Of a DNA stretch of 64,000 nt, positions 1-13,428 are shown piece after piece. The notes beneath the pieces were generated by a model. The model was not told the origin of the DNA. It saw nothing but the letters and a program-made list of their open reading frames with translations, and ran no database searches. The stretch covers positions 1 through 64,000 of the forward strand of contig CAJVPI010000029.1 of NCBI GenBank assembly GCA_910592345.1. Direction: 5' to 3'. A program made the translations under genes and the position numbers. Origin of the DNA: Paraglomus brasilianum (Eukaryota). Each line of letters begins with the position of its first letter. Position 1 is the first letter of the stretch.

Positions 1-23
1 CATATCATATCCTTCCCACACAG

Positions 24-800
24 TACACGAATCGCCAAGTCGAGATGGATCCCGTATAATGCCAGATCTCGCTGTCCAACCACATCCTCTTTTTGTTCCA
101 CCACCACCAGTCCCACACCCTGGCCCCCCTCCGAGTGATACGAGGGTACTTTTGAATTTGTCATATCTATTGTTTGTGGTTGATATAGGGCTTTTCCTGA
201 TACTAATATGGTTTATGTAGGGAAATCCTTATTCGAGAATAATGGTTGAAGTAGCCGTGGGCCAAACCTCCTCCGACTTAAAAGAAAAGTGCAGGAAATG
301 GAAGCGAGAGCCGTATGTACGAGCCATACTCGGCATCAAGCTTTACGAAATAAAGAATACACGCAATGCTCAAGGATACAGAGATCGGGCCATGAAGGTA
401 TATATCTCTCTATTTCATTATTATATAATTTTTTATATTAATAGTTTTTTAATATTAGGCTATTCTTTGGCGACAAGGGGCGCGAAGGCAAACGGTAAGA
501 TTTACTTGTCTGGAGAGAGAAATTTATATTTCGTGTAATGTTCAAAATCTTTTTATATGGCAGTGGAAATTTGGGACCATCAACAAAGACGGATCTGCTA
601 CTGGCGTTAATGGTTGTAATGCCCTAAACAACCCGGACTATATAATCAACATCCCCGTTAGCGACGCGTTTTACGATCCGCCGGTTCCTGCCATTGGATA
701 TGTTCCGTTAGCACCACCACCTGCTATATTGATGGCTACTAATATTACCATTGACTTGTATGAAGTTCAGCAAGCAGTTTTGCTTGTCCAGTCAAAGTGA
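24..800 (+). CDS. Uma2-like PD-(D/E)XK restriction-endonuclease-fold protein, 5'-partial
   Basis: Exons 24-145, 221-397, 459-494, 564-800 joined by GT-AG introns give HESPSRDGSRIMPDLAVQ...GNPYSRIMVEVAVGQTSSDLKEKCRKW...VRAILGIKLY...WKFGT...IDLYEVQQAVLLVQSK*. The PD...EVA motif matches Uma2-type nucleases. The start lies upstream of the window. Confidence 0.75.
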
Positions 801-1621
801 AAAACATCAACCTTCTTTAACTTCATCTCGTCTCTTTCTAAACTTGGCAAGCTGAAATCTGATATAAATAGGGGGAACAACCAATATCATAGCTGTTAAG
901 CAAATCTCCCGTTTGTCATTCTTAATACTTTACTATTTTCTTCTGTGCTATAAAATTATGAATACAAATTTCCTTCATTAAATTAGCAAGGCTGGATCTC
1001 AAGTCTCTATTAATAATATATTAGATTGAATGTTCATAGCAGATGATGGGCTAGTTAAATTCTTTTAATTGAGTCTTATTCTATGGCTCTATTCTTTAGC
1101 TAAAGTCGATAATAAATTTCTACTACAAAAATACAAAAGTAAAAATCAATTATTAATGAAACCTTGAAATGACAGTTCCAGGTTCGGATTAACAAACATC
1201 ATTGAAAATGCTTTATTATTATACAAATGCAGAACTGGTTCACCCAAAGTTATATCATACAAAATAACAACAGACTAGAAAAAGACATCAGGTCAAGAGG
1301 CATTTAGCATGCTAATACCAATAGAATATCTATTTAAATACTTATACAATTGGTTTATTAAAACGTCCAATAAAAGTTGAATTTAGAAAGCAAAGGATAA
1401 AATGTAAACATGCTGCCCCTCTCCAAAAATCCCTTACGTTTTTCTTTGAAGGCCACCAGCACAGGTGAGACCCTGAACTATGCACAATTGTCCATATGCA
1501 ACCTATAAAACTCACTATGTCCTTTCCGTTTCATTTTGCTCCTTTACTCGTTCATTTCGTCAATTGCTTCTTTCTCTATATTAGTTTCACTTAAATTATC
1601 TATCGTATGCACAAGTTAATC

Positions 1622-3699
1622 CTAATTCTGTATCAGAAGATCTTCTCGGCGTTGTCCAGACATGGCAGAACTTGTGTGGTATTCCGGCGATAATGGCACG
1701 GCTAGACCAGAAGAATATTCATTTGTGTACGATGACGGTTGGTCATCTTCAACGTTATTAGCCGGGAGCTTCCTGATTTTTTGAGACAATAAAAATGAGT
1801 ACGTAAAGTATAGAGGAGGGAATTTATCATGTACATTTGATACCACGGGTTATGACATGCTATGTGGGCGTTGCCAAGAAGGTATATCGGTATCGGGAAT
1901 AAACTTACCCTAATGCTTTCTCGCTTGGCCCGCTGATTTGTGGGTCATAGATTGCTTCGTTGTCGTCAGTGAATGGATTAAAATTACCGTGTTTCTGTGG
2001 TTTGCTATTATTCATTTATGCCAACCATGTGACTTTTAATAACGCATACTCGCACTCTTGTGTAAGAATATTTTCAATGAACTGCTGCTTTTGAATCCTT
2101 ACCTTGGACCCACACCAGCCCCCTCGGATATATCGTAAAAGTGCTCCCCCGCACTGGGCCGCGTGATCTATAAACAAAGTTGTTTGTGAATCGTTTATAT
2201 CTTGCCTTTTATGCGCCTGTCGAAATGTTTCGCTTTCAGCTCACCTGCTTTGACTCTGCTTTTGCCAAGCCAACATTCCGTCGATCAACCATATCATCAT
2301 ATAGTTTAAACGAGTTTAATAATTCTTGGTTCACGATGATTAAGGTATCTATATAAAGAGCGAAAAGTGAGCGGGTGGAGAGGTGTGAAGCCACGAAAAG
2401 ACATTGAATGAAAAGACATTGAATTAACTTTTTTAACTTACTTATAAGTTGTTCATCAGTAACCTCAGCCAAGTGTTTTGCCAGCCTTTGGTTTATTTGC
2501 TTACATTTATTATAAAACTCCTAAATAGACAAATCAGATAGAGGTTTAGAAGACTGATAAAACAGAGAATACGCTGCTTCTGGAAGGTACCTGAATCAAC
2601 TCGTTTTTAGTAATATCCTCGCTCTCTGGATCAGTAAATGCTAATGTTTGGTTGAGCACTTGCGCGGCATTCTTAGCTACTTCAATATCATCTGTCATTG
2701 CGGCCATCTAAGGTACGAACAGGAAGATCAACAATTAACGCAAACTCAAAAAGTTATCCGATTCAGTGAATGTAGCCGCTTACTGGATTGTTCCATGTCG
2801 GATTGCTCTGAATTACTCGTCCCTACCCAATAAAAACAAGAATGGTAGCGAACCAATCAAACGTTAGAACGTTAAAATAAACTTTCTTTTTCCCAATAGA
2901 CTATCTTACACTAATACAAACCGTAATTGTGATTTCCTTTTGCATGATTTTCCCGTACAAATTCGAAATAGGATACAAACTTGGCTCATTCTTAAACCTT
3001 TCCGCCAAATCGGCAAGTAAATTAATCAGTGAAACCTTTGTAGCTGCGTCGGTGTTCGAAGCTGTCGCAACTTGTTCGATGTTATCCAAAAACTTCTTTG
3101 AAGCCAATTCGGCTGTGACAAGGTCGGACGTATGGTAAATGTTAGAAGAATATCAAAGTTTGGTTAACGGGCAGAAAATAAAGGATTTTTGCATTTACCA
3201 TGAAATTTGGCACCGCAGTTGTCGGCTAATGATCTGAGAACCTACAAATTAATTTTCTCACAAGGTCAACTATTATTTTTTTTCCCCCGTTGTTTCTTTT
3301 TCAAAATCCCCATATATTTCATACCGTTATCGTCCGTGCTTGTACAGCAGGCGTATTTTGCGATCGCACCAGTTTCTTCCTAACGAACTTTGCTGCTTCT
3401 TTGGCACCAGAATCACTTGCGTTAACAGTATCACAGATCTTAGCGATCAATGCCCAATCATCTTCTGCTTTATTAACAGCTTGCTCTGATTCAGCACATT
3501 GGAATATGACAAGATCAGCATGTTGGAGAGAGGGGAAGGGGGAAGGAAGTATGGTATGTATAACGATCCAATTACGAGTGTCAGATGCTGACGGGGGAAT
3601 TGTAAGGAATCTACCAAAAAAACCTACTTTTGCGTATATGGATAGTAACTTACCTAAATTTTCACTTATTACGGTTTTGGATCTGTCAAAGATACGCAT
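1622..3699 (-). CDS. VHS-GAT domain endocytic adaptor (Lsb5/Tom1-like), multi-exon
   Basis: ATG at 3699 (MRIFDRSKTVISENL, then a GTAAG donor). VHS helices EDDWALIAKICDTVNASDSGAKEAAKFVRKKL and ASKKFLDNIEQV. GAT-like NAAQVLNQTLAFTDPESEDITKNELIQEFYNKCKQINQRL. NPF motif (NFNPFTDD) near 1975. TAG stop at 1622-1624. Confidence 0.85.
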
Positions 3700-5024
3700 T
3701 TTGTTTATCTGTCTATTAAAAATGGGGAAAGCTTAGCTTTTTATATCGAAATGACTTGCCAAACCTTTAATAAATGTGTCACTAATAAGACCCAAAGACG
3801 CCAAGTTGATGGCGTAATGGAGACGAGTCTCCGTACATGATTGATATGTTGACATTAATAAAATTCCTTTCCTTACGAATTAGTGGAATCTATCTACAGA
3901 GACAACAGTAAATACCAACCTTATTAAATAAATTAAATTCGCCACTATGACTTAAGTGTTCTTTTGTTTGTTCTAAACGATAACAGAAAATATATAATAA
4001 GGACGGCTCGACCGACCCAAAGCTTATATATATGTATGAATAAATAAAAATCCCTATTCGTCCAGGATGGGAATGTTAAATGTTGCACAAAAACATTGCG
4101 GGTAAGTCATGAAACTTGGCAGGTTTGGGATGTGACTGCGTATAGAATTTGCAACGAATGAGAGCAGAGATCTAAATATCAAATCGGTGCATTTTGTTCA
4201 GGGGTTCAAACATAATGACTAGTATGAAATTACCATATGTCATATCGAAGTTCGATACGTCACACGCCATCAAAATGGGAATTTTGCTTGCTTTGGCACT
4301 TGATGTTAATGTTAAATTTCTGCATCCGGAGCTTTTTAGTTGCAGGGAATGAAGCATAATCGAAGGCGTATTCAGAATATTGTCTATTCAGTCGGATTGT
4401 AACGAGGAATCAGTTGGATATCTCTTTATGAGCGCGCAAATTGGATCGATCAGGTCAATGCATTAAAGTACAAGAGAAGCAAATCGAACAACAAGGCAAT
4501 TGCTTTCCATGAAATACTAAAGTTGTTCAATATATCCTAGAGGGAAAAGCAAAACAACCTACAACATAAAAAATAGCCGAGAAGCCGTAAAATACTTGAA
4601 TGGATACTGGTATTGGCCCGAAAGTCGTGCCAAGTATGTTTTTCGCTCCTTGTCCTTTTTGTGTTGCAATTGAATTGGTCACGTGTTTTTAAAATATATA
4701 AAGATGCCCACCTTCCAATTATTAAAAGTTCTTCCTAGCCAACTATTATGATGGGATTCTGATGCGTTAGAGATAAACTGGAGTATTGATATTACTATGA
4801 ATGTACCAAAGTGTGCAAGAAATAGAGGCCCAAGTGATTCCGAAATTGTCTGATAGTGGCCTTTGTAAATATCCTTCTAATCGACTGATGAATCAGTTTA
4901 GAAAGTTTTCATTATGTGGCGCAAAGTATTTATTAAGTATTAAGTAACAACATCATATCAATATTCACAATCTTTCAATTACAGCTTGTTGACATAACCC
5001 CCAAACGCGCGTCAATCCCAATTA

Positions 5025-6529
5025 TTAGGGAACGATCAATACTGTGCTGATTCCATAGTGGTCTGCGAGCAAGGGAAGGAAATCATTAGCATGGATGGTT
5101 ACTCTATCAGTAACAGGGGAGAAAACTTTTCCAACACTTACCAGAAATCTGAGAAAATTCAAAACTCTCATCAGTCGAAAATTCCTCAACTTTAGTATTC
5201 TTTATATCGATCTCTACTGTGTCATCATCACCATCCTCTTCCACCTCGTCCTGATTTTTCAATACAAGCATATAATCCAAACAGCACTGTTTTCCCTGTC
5301 GATGTTTGGCTGTTAATACATTTTCGCGTGGTTGAGAATGACCACCTTTGGTAGGCGCAACGCCGGAATACGTGATGGGATGTTCAGAATAGGTTTCTTT
5401 CAGAATATCGCGGACAATGAATGGTGTAGAAGAAGCATATCGAAGGCCAGCAATAGAGAACCGTGGGTTGGCATAGTTTGCAGGGATGCCCTTTCCAGAA
5501 AGAATTTTTTGTATCAAAAGATATTCTCTGCTATCTTCTTGGTTATCAATAAAGTCGCTGTCTAAAATATAACTCATCGCACTCTTGTCATCGTCCAGAC
5601 TAGTATTTTTCTCGCCAAGGTCACTATTACTATTTTGTTTCTTACTATAAATAGTCCTACTCTTTTCACTCATTTTATCGTCATCCCCGTCGGTCCTTCT
5701 CCCATCAATGTTCAGATCGCCAACAACCATCACCATCTCGTTTGGCTTGCATTCGTGCATTGCTCTACACTTGTCTACAAACTGCCTCAACTGATGAACT
5801 TGCTGTAACCGTATGCGAACGTTGGCATCGGATAATGGGGGATGCGGATCACAAGAAGATTGTAGCTGCGTTACGAATAGATGAATCGAACACGTAGGCT
5901 TTACGGCTATCTTTGCGTAAAGAGAACCCTTGGCAACAAAACTAGAAGGTATAGAGTGTGGGGAGTGAGTAATGTAAATGGATACCCGGTTTTGACATTC
6001 AAACTTTTAGAGATTATCTGCAACTCGTAATTCACCAGCCCTATCTATTCATCTTGCTTTCCATGTACATATGTACTTACCGATCTCCCTGACACTCAAA
6101 AACCATCTCTTCTGAATCTGTTATGGGAAACCTACTCAATATCAACAGTCCACCGTCAATCATTCCCTTTGTCAATCTAGCCTTGCTCTTTAGCACATGT
6201 CCAAAGCCACTCTCCTTTGCAGCACTGATCAACCTTTTTCGTCGCCCAGTTCCGAATCCATGCATCTCTTGAAGACATATAATGTCATAGTTTGGCAGGA
6301 TATTTGCGATGAAATAATTCAGACGGTCTGCTTTGTACGGAGTGTTTGTCATTAGTGGTTGTAGAAAGATGTTGAGAGAGAGTAATTTTACTGTGGTTGA
6401 GTTGGCCGCATTTGTCGAGGAAGGTGGAGTTTTGGTTATTATAGAAAGAATTGGAGCGACAAGGTGGGTGGGTGAAGGTGGTGTTTGAGGTGTTTGCGGT
6501 CTTTCTTCAGGATCTGTTGTTTGAGTCAT
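5025..6529 (-). CDS. Endonuclease/exonuclease/phosphatase family hydrolase, neutral sphingomyelinase/Isc1-like
   Basis: Three exons carry the EEP motifs in order: LLSLNIF, DIICLQEM, DGGLLILSRFPI, DRFVAKGSLYAKI, GDLNID, LDYMLV, and terminal SDHYGI split by the last intron. TAA at 5025-5027. Confidence 0.85.
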
Positions 6530-7275
6530 TGTGAGTTGTAAAAAGACAAAAGTTCACTCGTTTTTTTTGAATACCTTCGGTTATTATATATCATTTCTTC
6601 GGATCATGCATGGGATATTGAAATTACAAATATTTGGTTCCTTGTTACGCTTTCCTGCATATCTGCTTTGTTACATGCGCTGTCGCTCTTATTTTTCGCG
6701 CGAAATGAAAAATATTTGACAGTGTGCGACTGAAGAAACGGGATAGACATGAAATTTTGATCTCCCGTTGGCGCGTCGTCTGAAAAAGGAAGTCACACGA
6801 ATTCGAGAAAAGCCACAACACCAATCCAATTGTACTAATTATTCCATTTGCATTAGTTTGAGACGTGCGAAACTGGTTACACTTAATCTGTACAAATTAT
6901 ACAAGGCCCATTTAAAGAAGGGGTGTACGCTTTTACTAAGAATAATATTCTTTACCTTACTATTACTATTACTATTAGCCGTTCAACATACGTTTGGATG
7001 ATGGGAACGTAATACCTAAACAGGGAGTTGTGAGAAAAAAACCCAACTTGTGGTTTTTAAACAAAGACGTCTTAGAATTGAGTTTGTTGTACAAATACAA
7101 AACTTTGTTAACAAGGTAGGCATAGTAAACAAATTGTCATTGAGCTTTCACAGCATGTTGTTCACTGATAATTGGTTAACGGCTTTAGCCAATGCAAGCA
7201 CTACGAACAAGTTTTTTGAGTGACAATACGAACAAGATCAAGCCTTGCAGAGCTTGCAGAGCTTCAGTCGGTAAT

Positions 7276-7365
7276 GCTGTTGCCAGACCTGCATGAATCT
7301 TTACGAGTAGTAAAGGGTATGGAATGTAGAGCTGTTGCAAGACTTGCATAAATCTTTGCGAGTAG
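7276..7365. repeat. Imperfect 35-bp direct repeat, two copies with 20-bp spacer
   Basis: gctgttgccagacctgcatgaatctttacgagtag (7276-7310) vs gctgttgcaagacttgcataaatctttgcgagtag (7331-7365), 4 mismatches. Confidence 0.8.
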
Positions 7366-9484
7366 AGACATTGACACATGAGCGACCATACATTCATTAA
7401 AAACAACAATGGCACGTTGTGGAAGACGTAGCATTCATAATCACAAATAACGTTCTTTATTCGAACAATTTGTAAATTAAAAATTAAACTAAAATGTTTT
7501 TACTATACAAGGAAATTGTTTGCCATATTCATCAACTATGTAAAATATGATTGTTTATGTAAACTTATTATCATATTGGCAACTGTATAATGCGATGAGA
7601 AATGTGGCGCAGTGGAAGAGGGTTATTTACAAACACAAATGAAATTGTAACACGAAATTGTCATTATTATTTATGTAATAATAATAATAATAACAACGGT
7701 AACAGTAATAACAATCACTTAATCAAATTATTGTTATTATTATGCCCATCATATTATCAGTCAAATTAGGATTATAATTTGGTAATTTTTGTAAGCCATT
7801 TGTTTTATTCATTCAACAGCTGAAAATTGTTAATTGTATATACGGTAATGGCTAATAATGTTATTTTCAGAAAGGTTACCTGATGAATCATGGACAACAC
7901 CCACGTTGCTTAATCATATTAAATTGGTCAACAATCAACGGTAATTTGGGTTGTTACCCTGCAAAACGTGACACCTGTGTGAAAATAACAAAGCAACCTA
8001 CGCGTTAACTTGTCAACCGTCTTTCTTCACAATGACGGTAATTTTGCAACCGAGAAACAAGGGAGTAATTGTAATGATGGAAGGAAACCCAATGTGTGCA
8101 TGATCGCGGTATTGTGTCCATAGACAGACACACTCCATAATGCATGTTCCCATCCTTGTTCGCTGGGAAAAACTACAAGGCATGGCAAAGAAAGACCTTA
8201 TTCTCAACGATAACTGTACTTGGTTAAATTATTCGGATGAGAATTTGTACGCATGTTGAGAATAAGTAAAATAGTCTGCAAACCCCTTCTAACAGCACGG
8301 CGTTCATCGAAATGAATCTTAATACATCACATCACCCATCCCTTATTAGACGTGCATAGTGTTGAGGATTACAAGTGACTTATGCGTAGTAGATCAAAAA
8401 GTACGTATGCGCTATTACATAACTATTACTGACTTTCATTTTACAAGTATGCGGTGACACATGCGACTATATTATGTACTGGCCGAAGTAACACTTGCAG
8501 CAAATTTTCGAAAGTTCTAGTATAACCGTATACAGTCACACGAATATTGAGGTCAAAAGATTGAAATGGCTCGTATTATGATGGCATAGTACACACCCCC
8601 GAAGCATCAGATAAACCCGTACAGAAAAAAGGCACGGCATCGTGACACCACACATACAGTGCATATCCGCTCATATTGACCTCACCCCACCCCACCCCCC
8701 TCCCCACATCCACCTCCTTTCCCCCCCCCCTTCCCGTACGAAGCACACGATTGCTTTTAATCAATACGCTACGTCACACAAATGGCCGGCGGGGATATTA
8801 CGAAACACACACTCCCCCACCATAATGAATATTGACTTACTGAACGTTGAATAGAACAAGAATTGTCTGCAGATGCAATCTAAATCGAAAACTTTTTTTC
8901 TGGAACTGTTGGAAAGAAAGTTCCATAAGTATTGAACAGGACCCAAGTCTGCGGAATCTATTTACTAAAACAACAATCCCTTCCGGTACAAAGAATAAGA
9001 CGTTTTTTGTATTATATGATCGAAGAGAGAAAAAAAAAAAGATACAAACGCATACGAATTCTCAGAGACATTCTCTGATTATCACTGAATTCTTGAAATA
9101 GAGCATCACTAATACGCGCTATCGAACGTGATGCGACTTGTTAATCGGGGGAGTTAAGGATGCAAAAGACTGGCGAAAGAAAATATTCAAAAGCCTTTGG
9201 AAATCTTCATTCACAATCCACAATTAGGGGATTTTTTTACATCTGGATGTTCTTTTTGTCTTTCTTCTTATTCTAGTGGGGGAAAAAAAAAATCTTTCAT
9301 CCTGTTCCCGCTGAATAACATTAAAAAAATAAATAAATAAATAAATAAAGCCCAGTATTCAATTTGTGTGGTTTAGCACCCTAGTCGGTTCAAGGTTCCG
9401 ATATTAACTTTAACTTTTGCCCCCCTCCAACATCCCGATAAAAAAAACCTTGCCCCGCCAACAAGCTTACCTTGGTAACAAACG

Positions 9485-10216
9485 TTATGCATAGTCGTAT
9501 ACGCTTTGACTTGCAAATTCGGTCTCATCCGGAAGCAAAAGATTAGACAAGGCCATTACAGATGGACTTTTACTGTTTGGTTTGGAATTCCTTTCAATAG
9601 TACCGCTTGCTCCTGAACTTAATCCGCCAAAGTTGTTAATAACATTATTATTATTGACGCCGCTAATACCGTTGAAATTATTGACTCCAGTCATCCCATT
9701 CATTCCACCACCGCCACCGCCGCCGCCAAAATACAACGGCGATGATGACTCCCATCGTCCGTTAGCCAATCGACAAAGCTGTGCGGCTGCAACAACTACC
9801 TCGGGATCAAGTTTTGCCTGCGATAATGCTGCATCGACTAGAGTGTTTATATCAAACCCAGAATTATCATATGCTAAGAAGGTAGATTGCGATTGCGTAG
9901 AAACTGATAATGCAGGCTTGTAAATGTGATCGGATGGAGACGATAATTTCGTATGGGAAGAAGAGAGAGTAGGGGAGGAGGCAGGCGTGGATAGAGAGGG
10001 CGAGGAGGAAGGGGAAGAAGAGAGGTGTGGAGGAGTGGCAGTATGCGGTGGCGGAAGGTGCGAAGTTGCAGCCGAAGTCAGCGAAGAGGAAGCTGGAGTA
10101 TGTAGGACTGAAGAGGCAAGAGAAGTGCTGAATGAAGAATTCGACCCTGCTGGCTGTGCGTGAGGTGAGCGAATATCGGGTTGTGGGAAAACTCGTGTTG
10201 TGTAAGAGTTCGCCAT
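9485..10216 (-). CDS. Ser/Pro/Gly/Asn-rich intrinsically disordered protein, 243 aa, possible transcriptional regulator
   Basis: Uninterrupted 243-codon ORF with AAAATGG start context. Short helical motifs INTLVDAAL, VVAAAQLCRL and MALSNLL lie among low-complexity tracts. Candidate introns flank it in both UTRs. Confidence 0.65.
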   Translation of the reverse strand: MANSYTTRVFPQPDIRSPHAQPAGSNSSFSTSLASSVLHTPASSSLTSAATSHLPPPHTATPPHLSSSPSSSPSLSTPASSPTLSSSHTKLSSPSDHIYKPALSVSTQSQSTFLAYDNSGFDINTLVDAALSQAKLDPEVVVAAAQLCRLANGRWESSSPLYFGGGGGGGGMNGMTGVNNFNGISGVNNNNVINNFGGLSSGASGTIERNSKPNSKSPSVMALSNLLLPDETEFASQSVYDYA

Positions 10217-13200
10217 TTTAGTGTTGTATTCAATTCTCCAAGTAATTGATTATTATTGTCGGTATGCTCTGAAAGAGATAAACCAATTCCGTTGATAGAG
10301 TAAAAAAAAACAAACCGAGACTTGCACTTTTTTTTTCCCCTAAAAATCTGTTGTTCCCCCTTTTATTTAAAGAGGGTCGATGTGTATTTCAACAAGTTCT
10401 TGGTAAATTATGTGGGAATAATGGGTTTTTATAGTTGCTTTAAAACTCGTCTTCTCTGAGATAGTAACGATATTAGGTAATTACAAATGTAATGGTATTT
10501 GATTTATGATGAGAGTGTAAGCAAAAAAAGGGGAGGAAGAAAAAGCCTAGTGCACACAAAAAAAGACAGTCTTATAGCGATCCCGTAATTTACGTCAGGG
10601 ATTCTTCCAAAGGCAACTTGTGTATTCGGTTGAGATCTTCGCAACGACTACAGTACACATTGGATTCCTAATAAACAGTTCCTACTCAATTGAATGCGAT
10701 AAATATGTTGCATACAATAGCCACCACCACATACTCGTGCTATGGTCTGACTCGATATGGGAGGACGGCTGACGTATTGTTCCGGCTTGCACGTGGAGTC
10801 GTTTCCGTTTCAGATTGTTGTGGAAATGGTTTCGAAAAGTCTGTTTGAGATTGTTTAAACCCGTTTTAAGGATGGTTTGGGATAATAAGCGGGGATGTAA
10901 AAGACGGTTGTTAGTGTAGTGGACAAATATATAGATGATAAGAGTAAGGTACGGTATCAATTGTTTGGGGAGTGGGGGAACGTTGGAAGGGAATGTATTG
11001 ATAAAATGAGTTAGTGTGTGTCGATCGTTATGACGAGTCTGATAGTAATAGGGTGAAAGGTGGGGGGGTGGGGATGGGGTGATTATTATGATTATGACCA
11101 TGATTATGAACTGTTTTCATTTAACATAGCCACTTTGAAGATACTGAATATTGAATCGCCGATGACAAAGTTAATTGCTCGGAATTACTTTCATAGTTGA
11201 TAGTTGCACTGCATCGTTACCGCATTACTGTTTGTGTTGTTGATACACAATTGACACAATCGAAACGACGCATTCGAATAAATCAGATGAGTTTTATCAA
11301 TAACACTTAATGCTCCTGTTGGTTTATCAATTATGCACCTGCATCTATAAACTCAACTGTATATAACATGGGATAAACGACTTCAGGGGTTCAAATGTTA
11401 TACCCAACAACAGCTCTTGTATGTTTTCGTTGTGTATGTGGGTGAGTGGGGGTTTTTATCCGAGTATATAAGCCTGCCTATATGCGAATGCAAAGCCAAA
11501 AATATGAGCAGATTTATAAAATTTGCGCAACACAAAAACCATTGGAAGAAAAAAGTATATGTTGACAACTGTGTTGAGAGTGTGTATTAACTAGATAATG
11601 ATGCAATTTTTTATATTCGTTAATCCTCTATAAAATGCACGCACTATGTAAATTCCTTTCAAAAAATGAGGGTCGTCTGCATCTACTAATTTCCACATTA
11701 AATTTTTACCTGCAAAAAGTATGCTGATAGTATTGCGATTAACATTTAAAGGTTGCCAGAAAGTTTTAAACGGGCGTTTTCGCCACCAATTCAATAGCGT
11801 GTTCCTGGTTAATGAACATGCTAGTCTCGTGCTTCTATTGCACGGTCGAACGTTGGATATCTATCTACTGCAGACGGTCACCCACGTAGACGGTTAAGTT
11901 TTCGATATTCGCGTGCAAGTTTCAAATTTGGAAACATGTCAATTGCTCTTGTATGTTGACCTTAACAAATATAGCAAGTTTGTATCGCTGACACGTGAAT
12001 TATGATGCAACTACTCTAAACACGTAATAAAATGCGCGTCAATCGAAAACTGCTTTACCCACACTTGCATAATAAATCTTGTCGGTTTATGTGTTGTTGG
12101 GAGCATTGAATTAATACAAATATAATCAAATAAACCGAAAAAACGTTTCCTTCATCAAAATTAACCTATGCAGCGTTATTCTCACTTTCAGAACCAGGAA
12201 TACCCGAGTACACGGCAATTTCGTTGTTCGCTGGATCAACTGCAAAAAGTCTTCCAATACCATGTCAACAGAGCTTAAATTCTTCTGCAAAAAACGATTT
12301 ATATTACACATTTAACGTTTATTTAAACTTGAAAATTTAGATCGTGGCAAAACGCAAACTTTGATCCCGTCAATACTCACGGTTCAGATAACAACCACCA
12401 ACCTAACATATCTAACGTGATTTATCAATATTGAAAATAACACCCTTGTTCTCTGCTAAAGTTTATATAATAGAGCAAGTAATTAGTAATTATAAATGGT
12501 TACATGAGTTTAGAGCATCAAAGGGAGCAAGCATCTGTAGCTTTGATACTGTCCAAATATACGCGTCAACCAATGCATGAAATACGTATTTTTAGATAGC
12601 AATAGTTTGGCACTATTACAGCAGAGTGGTCTCACTATGAAGATCTGATCAATATAGCAACCGGGACGTTATAAAGTACAAGGTCCAAGATAATTCCTTT
12701 GTCTTTTAGTTTACCAACATGACAATGGGCTGCTTATAACACCAGCTTCTCGGGGGAGGTGGCACCTAGATACGTAAGATTCGTATTGTTGTCTTATACA
12801 ACAATATTATCTCGAGGGTTTGCATATAGATACGCAATAGTTTCTGTAATTTTAGGCCAGCTTGTAATGATCTTCGTGTTGGGTATTCATTACTGGACGG
12901 CAAATCTAAACAATACATGCGGCGTCTAACTTCCCCGTATAGAGTGTTTAGCCTAATTCGTCGGCATGCACACATATAGGATAGATAGCTTGCTACCTAT
13001 CCTTCCTCTTTAGTTATCTGTGTTGGCGCGTGACATGCTAAAACGACCAAGTCGTGTGTGTGTGATCCGATTAAGAATATCTATCTATCTAACGATATTT
13101 CGTTCCTGTTTTATTTACAACCAAAAATGAAACCATTGTAATAATAACATGTAATGATATAATAATAATAATATTTCGTAGTACACAGAACCGCAGAGAA

Positions 13201-13428
13201 TTCAGACAAACCCATCCCCGCGATCCGAGTACATATATATATTTAACCTTGGATAACTAATATAATAAATTTACATAGTATTGGCTAATATGAAAATAAA
13301 TCGACAAAAAAAAATGCATCGATACACACTGATACACTGATACATTCATCTCTAAAAAGCGATCATAAAATTAATCGTTCTATCTTTCTTTTTCATCACC
13401 CTGTCTATTTCCCACCAAAACCCACCAT

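Noticed and set aside
7276..7365. Repeat-spacer-repeat resembling a CRISPR unit
   Set aside because: Only two imperfect copies, no cas genes, eukaryotic context. Treated as a local duplication.
9360..9405. GGTTCAAG T-loop/B-box-like motif suggesting a tRNA
   Set aside because: No acceptor stem or cloverleaf could be built; it lies inside a candidate 3'UTR intron.
9582..9923. Plus-strand 113-aa ORF with apparent signal peptide and poly-Pro
   Set aside because: Antisense shadow of the Gly/Asn-rich part of the 9485-10216 gene, with a non-ATG start.
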